Assembly (NCBI GenBank): GCA_043228905.1
Contig: JBHGNT010000014.1
Span: forward strand, 12,958,001 to 13,022,000
Direction: 5' to 3'
DNA length: 64,000 nucleotides
Source: Azolla caroliniana
Taxonomy: Eukaryota; Plantae; Polypodiophyta
Both the position numbers and the translations under genes were made by a program. A model generated the notes under the pieces. That model did not search any database and was not told where the DNA came from. It was given only the letters and a program-made list of their open reading frames with translations. This document shows positions 39,600 to 49,639 of this stretch, piece after piece; positions within the stretch are counted from its first letter, which is position 1, and each line of letters begins with the position of its first letter.

Positions 39600-40954
39600 T
39601 ATCAATACTATAAACAATGTGATCTATGTTAACGTTTGGGGCAACCTACAGAGCTCGCAAGAAGGCCTCACTAACTAGTACTTCCGCTTGACCTGTTCCA
39701 AAAATGGGGTCTCGATTTTGTCTGTCCTTTTACGCTGACATCAGCATGAACAGGCAACAAATACATGCTTGTGGCCACAGATTACTACACAAACTGGGTC
39801 GAAGCCAAACCGTTAAGGGACAATACTGCGACGTCCACGGAAAAATTCCTTTATGAACACATCTAGTACCGTTTTGGTTGCCCAATAGAGCTCATAAGCG
39901 ATCAAGGGAGCCATTTCTTGAATTTGGTCATCCACAAACTCACGCACCATAACGCTGTAGTACACAAGAAGAGTACGCCATATTACCCACAGAAAAATAG
40001 GCTAGCAGAATCCACGAACAAGATGCTACAGAATATCCTGAAAAAGATAATGAATGAGAATAGAATAGATTGGTACACAAAGCTGCACAGTGCGTTGTGA
40101 GCATACTGAACAAGTTACAAAACAAGTATACAGTCCACGCCTTTACGGTTAACGTTTAGGTTAGAGGCCGTAATGCCCATCAAATTCCAGGTGCCCAATT
40201 TGCGGATTCAAGTACGCGACAGATTGTCGGAAGGCTAGTCCGAGCAAATTTGGCTGCAATAACTGCTCGAACTAGGTGAAGCTCAGGTTCGCAGCATGGC
40301 CATATTAGAACAAGAGCAACGACGACGTAAGGCGTTCGTAGATCGACATCGGGACAGACGAGAGAAAGACATCAAGGTTGGGAAAGCCGTACTAGTCTTT
40401 CAAACGCGCATGGGGCCAATGCTAGGAAAGTTACGATTCCATTAGACAGGGCCATATTGGATAACTGGGGTAGAAAATGGGACCTTTCAGTTAGATACAC
40501 TTGCTGGAGAAGTGTTATGCCAAAAAGTGAACGGATTTTGATTGAAGCCTTACCTAGGATCTATGCCCCCAAATCCATTTCCCACCGTAACAGACATGGC
40601 GGATGTATCCCACGGGTAATAAATGTAACAATAATGTTGTACCTATAGTTGGGACCAACGGGTAATAAATGTAACAATAATGTTGTTCCAATAAGCGTTG
40701 GAAAGAAAGAAAAGAAGATAAAATAAGAGAAGATATCCACGACTACTAAAAGGACTTTATTCATGCACAAGTCCCAAAACAAGAACACGTGTCGCCACGA
40801 TGTCACACATGCCTATGAACTCTAATGCACCAAAAGAAGGAAACAGAAGGTTTTCTGCACATTATAGAAAATAACCTCCAGCCTTCTACTCTCCTCGTTC
40901 CCCTCGCTCTCCTCGTGCTCCTCGTTCTCTTGCATACCGCAGGTACCACGCACA

Positions 40955-42850
40955 ATGCAACTCACGTGCTTCACCCATCCAGCTCTCTCCGCACAAACCT
41001 TGTCCACCCACAATGTCGATCATCATCTCGGCAGCCTTGGCAGATGGCTCTTGGAAAAGGTGTTTGATGGGTACATCCGGGTAGTAGAAGCAGCATCGCA
41101 CCTCGATGCAGTAGACATCGCCAGGAAGCTCAACATTGACACGCTCAACATTGACCGACTCCGTGTAGAACTCTGCCAATCATTAGAAAGAGAAGCGGAT
41201 ATCAGGGCCAAAGGAAGAAGGGCGGCCAAAGCACTTGAGGATAAGCTCGATGTAGAGATAACAACCCATCTCAACACAAAAGAAGAAAAGAGAAAGTTGC
41301 AGGACGAAGCAAAGAAGACGGTGGCCGTCATTGAGGGGCTCCTCAAGTTAATAGAAAGGAAGAAAGCATGGTACGATGAACAGATCATGCATGAACGTGA
41401 ACAAATACATCAGGTGGAAATCCTTCTTAACAATGAAATGGGATTAGATATGGGCAAAGATGAAGAGCTGCTATGAGGAAGCAACGACGGCCAATAAGCG
41501 TAAAATCAAGAAGGCCCAGGATGAAGCGCAAGCCCGTGCTCAAATGCTAACGGACAATGTCTGCGTCCACCTTCAAACAAATCCTGAGCGGTTTACATCG
41601 CAATTGAAAGCGGCATTGGACAAAGGATGGGCGGCGTGGACTACGCAAGTAGCGGAATTGCACACTTACCGGGCGGACTGGGAGAACCTTCACAAAGAGG
41701 GCAAAGAATTCTACAAACTAAATGATGGGAGGACCTTGCGCAGGATTATCAAACGCTCGCTGACCAACACAACTAGTTAAAAGAGGAAAAAGATAAATTG
41801 CTGCAAGAAAAAGACAAGTTGCGCTGGATGGCGGAAGGAGAGATTGAACGACTCAAAGAAGAACTCCGACAACAGAAAGATAGAGAAGACCGAGCAAGAG
41901 GTCAAATCAACCGAAGGTTAAATTAGAAGACCGAGGACTTTGCAAGACTGCACTGGGATCACAAACACTTGGCAGCAGAGCCCAAGAAGTTGATGGCGGA
42001 ATATGACTAGCAATAGGAGAAGATAAGAGAACGCTGGAATGAAGTAACCAAGAAAATGGAGGCATTGGTCGAAGAACGAATGAAGGCAGTTGAGTCAGCA
42101 AAGTTGCTAGAGGAAGTGGCAAGAGAAAGGACGGTGCTCAACAGAAAACACTATGACGAGATGGAACGAGCAAATTTGGCTTTGAATAGGGTTTAGAGAA
42201 CGTATAAGACCCAATTGCTAGAATATGGAGTGCAAGCATAGGCAACCGCGGACCTAATAAAGAAGTTAAAGGAGGAAAAGCAGGTTGCGGAGGACAAATC
42301 CAAGATGGGGCTCAGCCGGATCTGCACCATTGTGCTAGCATGGAAACAAAGGACAAAGAGTATGATTGGTGAAAGGTCAGTGCAATGGTGGTCAAAATGG
42401 GCACAACAATTGGCAGCTGTGAGGCAGCTGGTGGAACAGTTGGATGATGACCAACTTGCTACACAACTCCAATTTGAGTGGTATGAGCAGGAGCGTAGAC
42501 AGTAGGTGGCATCGCAAATGATGGCGAAAATCAACATAAGTGACGGAGAGCAATCTCCAGAGCAGCCACCGAATGTAGCCGAAACTGGAGGAGGCCAACC
42601 AAACGAAGCCCGAGTGGAGCATCCGGAAGAGGCCAGACCGGAAGAGCTAGCAGAAGCAAAATGGGAGGAACAGGAGAAGCTAAGGAGGAGCAAGAGCCGA
42701 AGGGGCCGAGACCAGTAAAGCCGGGAGCGGATGGAGCCGAAGAGGAGGATCAGGCTAGAGAGCAAGAGCAGCAAGAGCAGAAGTAGATGGACCAACTACT
42801 CGAGGAACCATTGGAACCCCTAGACCAGAGTATTCTGGACATTTAGAAGA
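40955..42850 (+). pseudogene. Gypsy extra ORF: short N-terminal block fused to a coiled-coil/acidic C-terminal part
   Basis: The N-block is WLLEKVFDGYIRVVEAASH. The later blocks FTSQLKAALDKGWAAWTTQVAELHTYRADWENLHKEGKEFYKLND and QLVEQLDDDQLATQLQFEWYEQE match G4 at about 59500-59780. Confidence 0.7.
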
Positions 42851-42911
42851 TGAGTGAAGGGGTTAAACCGTGGGTTCGACGTACAAGGTACTATCCCACG
42901 GTTGTGCCATG

Positions 42912-43038
42912 TGTTGGCCGGTTAGGCCAAAGTATGAAAGGGGAGTTGATTTTGGGATAAAGGGAGTTGTAATTGGAATTAATTATTATAATTATAAGAT
43001 CGGACAAACAAACCCGGAATCAGTATGCCAATCCGAAT
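42912..43038 (+). mobile_element. Truncated 3' LTR matching the G1 5' LTR
   Basis: TGTTGG....TTAGGCCAAAGTATGAAAGGGGAGT... aligns with 13319-13445, then similarity stops. Confidence 0.85.
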
Positions 43039-43126
43039 CTGGACCGGTTCGTAGCTGGTTGCCGGTTGGCACCTGTTTGTAACACAACTGGATACCTATA
43101 AAAGGGACACGTGAAAAGTCATACAT

Positions 43127-43632
43127 AGTTTATTAGCTATTTTGGTAGCTAAATAGCTATGCTCATATTCTAAAGTCGCTAATTAGCTATTCTAGTAGGG
43201 GATTAGCTATTCTGGTAGCTAATTAGCTATACTCATAACCAACTAATTAGCTAGTCTGATAGTTAATTAGCTATTGTCATAGGCAACTAATTAGCTATTG
43301 TGGTAGCTAAATAGCTATGTTCGATATTCTTAGGTAGCTAATTAACTATTCTGGTAGTGAATTAGCTAGTATTAGCTAAATTAGTTATTGGCAATCGCTA
43401 TTAAGCTATTACTAGTAGCTAGTTAGATATGATGATATTCTGAGGTAGCTAATTAGCTATTACTGGTAGCTAGATAGCTATGGTCATATTCTGAGGGAGC
43501 TAATTAGCTATTCTGGTAGCTAATTAGCTATTACTGGTAGCTAGTTAGCTATGGTCATATTCTGAGGTAGGTAATTAGCTAGTCTTGTATGATCATATTC
43601 GAAGGTAGCTAGTAAGCTAACTAACTAAGCTC
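43127..43632. repeat. TAGCTA array, block 3
   Basis: Repeated GGTAGCTAATTAGCTATT(A)CT units. Confidence 0.9.
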
Positions 43633-43679
43633 AAAAGTCAAAACAAATGTTGAGATAAATGTAAATACCTGTGGTATGA

Positions 43680-44151
43680 GATTTGTTCGGTACCTGTCTT
43701 CAGCTAGCTTGCCGATGGAGACTAGACTCCTTTTAAGCTCGGGTATATGTTGGACATAGTGCAACACAATCAAATTGTCATTTGGCAATCGAAATACTAC
43801 TTCACCGATTCTCGCAATTTTGCATTCCTACCCATTCCTACATCGGACAATGTTGTCAGCTCTAGCCGAATAGTTCGAAAAACATTTGATGTCTAGGGAC
43901 ACGTGAAAAGTGCCACGGGAATCCAGCAGCCACATTCGTGTCTTGAACACTGTAAAAGAACTTCTTTGGTCATCAAGTTCTCCAAACAGAGGATTTCTCC
44001 TAATCTACAGCCGAAAATCGGAATGTTGGAGTCAGAATGTCCTGAATTCCGCTCGAATCATTGACTACTCTCCTTTCTTTTAATCAACTAGAAATCAGAA
44101 ACATTGTGACCAAATTTTCTACAATGGGTGTAGAAATCGTTTGGTTGATTA
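43680..44151 (-). mobile_element. Old copia gag-knuckle/protease fragment
   Basis: My minus-strand translation gives HCRKFGH (knuckle), WLLDS...FHVS, ECKIARIGEV and HIPELKRSLVSIGKLA. Confidence 0.7.
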
Positions 44152-44645
44152 TGTTGAGAAATAGGTCCCTCCAGATGAGTCAAACACTGGGTCGGTCGAG
44201 CTTGGGATCGAAGAGATGCGAGACGGATCGGATGTAACTGACCCGGAACCGAATAGAGTCTAGCAAGTATCTGGGAAATAGGACACATTTGTAAATAGGT
44301 TTTTGTGTCAAAAAGTTATCCCAGTATAAAGATAACTAGTGTCACGGACACACTAAATGCAGACTGGGACGGAGCAGGGACGATGAGGCTATGAGTGACG
44401 GGCTATGAACTTGGACCTAGAAATCACACAAGACCATGAAGACATAAATAAAGATCAAGGAGGCAAGATGGGACAAAATGAGAATACTAGATTGATGTGT
44501 CAATAACTGTCATGATATGGCAAGACTCGAACCCATGACCTTATGTTATATGGGTCGAGCTCTTGACCCTTATACAAACTATTGTAATACGTAGGATATT
44601 ATTTTCATTTAGATAGGAAATTAATGTATATTCTAGATTTCTCTA

Positions 44646-44690
44646 GAAAATTCTAGAAGCTTCAGGATTGCTCCTGAGAACACTATAAAA
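44646..44690 (+). promoter_or_regulatory. Four-module heat-shock element plus TATA box in the CH LTR (second copy at 60774-60791)
   Basis: GAAaaTTCtaGAAgcTTC at 44646-44663 is a perfect alternating nGAAn array, about 20 bp upstream of CTATAAAA (44683-44690). Function is inferred. Confidence 0.65.
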
Positions 44691-44831
44691 GAAGGCACTA
44701 GGCATTATGTTGAACCAAATTGGTTCAACGCTAGTCTTAAGCCTCTTAGCCATTTTGTACTTATCCTTCACATAATATATTAGATGTTATCATCATCTCT
44801 CTCTCTCTCTCTTCCTCACTATCTCTCTTTT

Positions 44832-44871
<40 letters not shown>

Positions 44872-45029
44872 GAATCTTACGCAGTGCCGTCCTCTTAGTA
44901 CTAATAGTACTTCTCTTCTTTAGTACTAATTCCCTCTCTGCTTTAGTACTATTCCTGACAGTTTGAACAAATTTTTTCCTCCAACCTACTTGTCGTTCTC
45001 CCTCATCCTCCTACCCTTTTCCCTATACT

Positions 45030-46157
45030 ATGGCTACTATTAGCGCCCAAGAATATCAATCCGTTTTCTCCGAGCTACAATGCCTAAAAGAAAAATGTGT
45101 TGCCTGGGAACAAGAAAACCAACGATTGATAGTGGATCTGCAACAAATCGCTCTAGAAAAACAACAAACGCAGCAACAGCATGGGGAGTTAGCATTACGG
45201 GTAGAACAAGTCGAAGCAGCATTGCAACAACAAGGATCAAGCCCCCAAGGATTTCATAAAGAGCCGAAGATTGGACTTCCTGCGAAATTTGATGGAACAC
45301 GATCGCAATTCAGGGGATTCCTTAATCAGGTACGATTCGTTATCCAAATGCATCCTTCCCGATACCCCACTGATGCATCCCGAGTCGGCCTAATAGGCAC
45401 GTTGCTTAGCAACTCAGCCTTAGCATGGTTCGCTCTGCTTCTAGAAAAACAATCGCCCTTGCTTAATAACTTTGAAGATTTTATTAGTGAATTTAATGCC
45501 TGCTTTGGAGACACCGACAACATCAGGACTACGACCAACAAGATCCGACGATTGCGTCATGGCGATCGTCCAGCCTCTGCCTACGCAGCGGATTTTCGTC
45601 AACTCGCCTCCGATATTCTCTGGGATGATCAGGCACTAATGGAGCAGTTTCACTACGGCCTGCAAAACGATGTAAAAGATTTACTTTTAACCTTCCCCGA
45701 ACAACCAAAATCTCTTACGAAGCCAATCAGTTGAGTGGTCCGATGTGACAACCACCTTTTCGAACGGCTTTCCGAACGTCAATTACAAATACCACGCTCT
45801 AGGCCGGAGCCCACATACGCCTCAGTCGCGGCTAAAGCGTTCACACGCGATGTACCCCAACCAAATACTCCGACACCGATGGAGATTGACACCATGCATC
45901 GACGTGGCTCGTTATCGGAAGAAGAAAAGCAATGACGTTGTGCAAATCGATTATGTCTATATTGCGGTGGACCAGGGCATATCACAATCAATTGTCCCCA
46001 TAGGCCAAGAAGATAGGTAAATCAAATCGTAGCCTGTACTAAACCCAAGTCAAATTTTCCCTTAAGAGTGTCTGATAGTATTAATAGTACTAATAGCCCA
46101 AATATCTCAAACAAATTTGAAATCCTTAGTCAATTAGATGAAGAGTTAAACGATTGA
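45030..46157 (+). pseudogene. gag: CH gag
   Basis: Motifs KEPKIGLPAKFDGTR, PTPMEID and the knuckle LCLYCGGPGH; internal stops. Confidence 0.85.
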
Positions 46158-46159
46158 GT

Positions 46160-49100
46160 CTAGCCAAAATAGGAGCTGTTTGGTTCGATAGCCCTAGATC
46201 TGTACAACCCATTAGTGGTTCCATTCCCTCCAAGCAAGTTAGTAATGTGTTCCTAGCCCAAGTCATGGTTAGTACTAAAAGTACTCCCCTAGTACAACTC
46301 CTAGCACTTTAAGATTCCGGAGCCAATTCCTATTTCATGGATCGAAATTTTGCCCAAGCTTCTCAGATATCCTTAAGAAAACTTCCTTGCCCCGCATCTG
46401 TAGTAGTCATTGATGGTCGTCCCATTGCTTCCAGGAAAATTGTAGAGGAGTCAGAACCCATTCAGGTTGTCCTAGGTAGTTTTGTGTGTGTAGTATCATT
46501 TAATATAATTAGTAGTCCAGAGCATCCCATTGTCTTGGGATTACCTTGGTTTGAACTACATAATCCAGACATAGATTGGAGAACAAGAGAAGTCCGATAT
46601 CGACAACCCCAAGAATCTACTCATCGAGTTTTGACCATTTCATTACGTCAACTATGCGAAGGACACAAGGAGGCAATGTTCCTGTTTGCCATATCAGTAC
46701 ATCCTTCCATCAATATTAAGGAGGAATCCTTAGTGCAACTTTCGGCGAAATATCATCCTTATGCCGACGTATTTGACAAGGTAAAAGCTTATACTCTTCC
46801 TCATCATCGTCCCGACGATTGTCCCATCAATTTACAACCAGCAGCAGAGCCACCATGGGGACCAATCTACAACTTGTCACCCACCGAGTTAGAAGTCCTT
46901 CGAGCCTACATAGAGGAGCACCCATCTTCTTTGTCAAGAAGAAAGATGGCTCACTTCGTCATGTCGTTGATTACCGCGGCTTAAATAAGGTCACCATCTG
47001 GAATAGGTATGCACTTCCTCTTATATCAAGTCTTTTAGAGCGGTTAATGGTGCCAAATTTTTTACAAAAATCGATCTATGAGGAGGGTATAACCTCGTGC
47101 AGATCCGACCGAGAGATGAATGGAAGACCACCTTTCGCACGCGGTATGGGCATTTCGAATATATTGTTATGCCGTTCTGTCTAACCAATGCACATGCAGT
47201 CTTCCAACACATGGCAAATGATACATTCAGAGACCTCTTGGATATCTATTTGATCATCTATCTAGATGATCTATTGATTTATTCGAAGACCCAAGAAGAG
47301 CACGATTCTCATGTACTATTAGTACTAAACCGACTCCACGAGAATGGTCTTGATGCCAAGCTAGAAAAATGTAGCTTCGATTGCAAGCAAGTGGAATTTC
47401 AAGGCTACGTTATCTCCTCAAAGGGCATCTCCATGGATCCAGCTAAAATCCAAAATGTGCTACAGTGGCAAATTCCACGGTTAGTACGAGATGTACAATG
47501 TTTTCTAGGTTTTGCTAACTTCTACCGCAAGTTTATATAGGATTACTCGAAGATTATTTTACCTCTCACACAACTTACGAAGAAGGGACAAGCATTTCTT
47601 TGGTCCAATGAAGCGGACATGGCTTTTCGGCATCTTAAGAAAGCCTTTACATCAACACCTATTCTAGCCCATGTGGATAGAAGCAAACCATTCATCATGG
47701 AGGCCGACACATCAGATTTCGCCCTCGGTAGCATCCTTTCTCAACAAGGAGATAAAGAAGAGTTAAATCAACTAAGAAATACATGACAAGGAGTCATTAG
47801 CCATCGTTGATTCATTTGTGCAATGGCAACATTTTTTGGAGGGCTCTCCACATCAAGTCATCGTCTTTAGTGATCACAAGAATCTTTCTTATTTCCAGAA
47901 CGCTCGTGTGCTAAATCGATGGCAAGCTAGGTGGGCTCAATTCCTCACACGTTTTGATTTCAAAATCGCATATCGACTGGGGAAGCAGCAAGGAAAGGTA
48001 GATGCACTATCACGACGTTCATATCTTGCACCTCATCCTGGTGATCCCGCATTCGATAATCAAAAGCAAGTAATTTTGGGACCAACATGATTGCACACAA
48101 CGCAGATTTTTCACACCCCAATGGATTCCCAGATTATCAACACCGTACGTGCAAATTTGAAGACGGACAATTTTGCTCAAGACATTCTGGTGCACATTGA
48201 TACCTCTCGGGCATCTTGTTCCCAGTCTCAGCAACCAGGTATGGACTACCGACAATTCGAATATCATGATGGTTTGTTATTCTTTAAAAAGCTTGTATAT
48301 GTCCCCGATTGCTCGTGTCGCCTTCAAATCGTCCAAAGTTGTCACGACACCCATATGGCGGGACATTTTGGTAGCACTAAGATGTTGGATCTAGTTCAGC
48401 GATCCTTTTGGTGGTCCCATATGCGACGTTTTGTCGACGACTACGTTCAGACCTATGATGCTTGCTACCGAGCAAAGATGCCACGACACCATCCATATGG
48501 CTTGTTGGAACCCTTACCGATCCCAAGTAGGCTGTGGCAGTCTATTTGTCTTGATTTTATCACAGATCTACCGGTCTCGAAGGGGTTCAATGTTATCTTA
48601 ACCGTTGTCGATCGATATACGAAGATGGCACATTTTGTGCCGTGTACTAAGGCCATCACTAGCGAGGAAACCGCCACCCTTGTCATGCATGAGGTATTTC
48701 GGCATCATGGCCTCCCAAACAGTATCATCAAGTGACTGAGGACCGCAATTTGTGTCCAAATTTTGGCAACATCTCGTCAAGATGCTCAAGGTCTCTCGCA
48801 ACCTCTCCTCCGGCTACCATCCTCAGACCGATGGGCAGGCGGAACAAACAAACCAAACGCTAGAGCAATATCTCCGGTGTTTCCTGAGTTATCAACATAA
48901 CGATTGGACCGAGACTCTCCACTTTGCGGAGTTTGCGTATAATAATGTTGTTCACTCCTCGAGTCAAATCTCCCCATTCTATGCTTATACCAGTTCTCAT
49001 CCTCGCTGCTCGGTGATCGACACCTCGGAGCTACCTACCAATCCTCGTGCCAAGGATCATTTGGAGAGACTACGCAAGATCCAGATGGATCTCTCTACTC

Positions 49101-49639
49101 ATCTTCGTCATGCTCAACTCACACAGAAGACTTACGCGGATCATCATCGACTTCCCTCCTCTTTTGTCATCGGAGATCAAGTAATGCTTTTACGTCGTCA
49201 CATCAAGACTACTCGACCGTGCGACAAGTTGGATTATCGCCGATTTGGTCCTTTCCGTATTACCGGTAAGGTTAATGATATCACGTTCCGCCTTGATCTT
49301 CCTCCACATCTTTGGATACATCCGGTCTTCCATAGTTCTCTTCTTGAACCTTATAAAGCAAACACTCTTCCCGATCGTGTTACACCACCGCCGCCCCCGC
49401 TTGAGTTAGACGCCGGCTTGGAGTATGAAGTTGCTTCCATCCTCGACTCCAACAAACTTTATTATTTGGTCGATTGGCTTGGCTATAGTCAGAGTGAACG
49501 TACTTGGGAACCCGTCGAGCATGTCGCCAATGCTCAGGATCTTCTTGCTGAGTTCCATCAAAAGTATCCGGACAAACCCGGTCCGCAATCAATGCCGACT
49601 CGTTCCACTCGTCACCTTAAGGGGGAGATAGTGTCATGA
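46160..49639 (+). pseudogene. pol: CH pol (protease, RT, RNase H, integrase, chromodomain)
   Basis: Motifs DSGAN, VLGLPW, IIYLDDLLIYS, GYHPQTDGQ, GPFRI, HPVFHSSLL and the chromodomain EYEVASILDS..YYLVDWLGYSQSERTWEP; several stops/frameshifts. Confidence 0.9.

Larger units (their letters stand above)
20589..41140 (+). mobile_element. Ty3/gypsy element G2 (same group as G1), interrupted by copia C1/C2 and C3; its own 3' LTR was not found
   Basis: LTR at about 20589-21036 starts TGTTGTCC, like the G4 LTR. PBS TGGCACGCCTGG at 21042 resembles an Arg-tRNA PBS. Gag/protease run to 22994, RT/RNase H 32235-34271, integrase 39605-40580, and the extra ORF starts at about 40955. Confidence 0.8.

Noticed and set aside
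40611-40686. About 29-bp local duplication (ACGGGTAATAAATGTAACAATAATGTTGT) after the G2 integrase
   Set aside because: A short duplication in decayed TE sequence with no sign of function.
11880-43670. Giant intron of a minus-strand host gene around the TAGCTA arrays
   Set aside because: The putative upstream exon (43680-44150) translates as copia protease, and splice-like words are expected by chance.
46145-46151. GTTAAAC as a -1 frameshift site at the CH gag-pol junction
   Set aside because: It is not a perfect slippery heptamer, and the copy is too decayed to establish the frames; this needs a family consensus.
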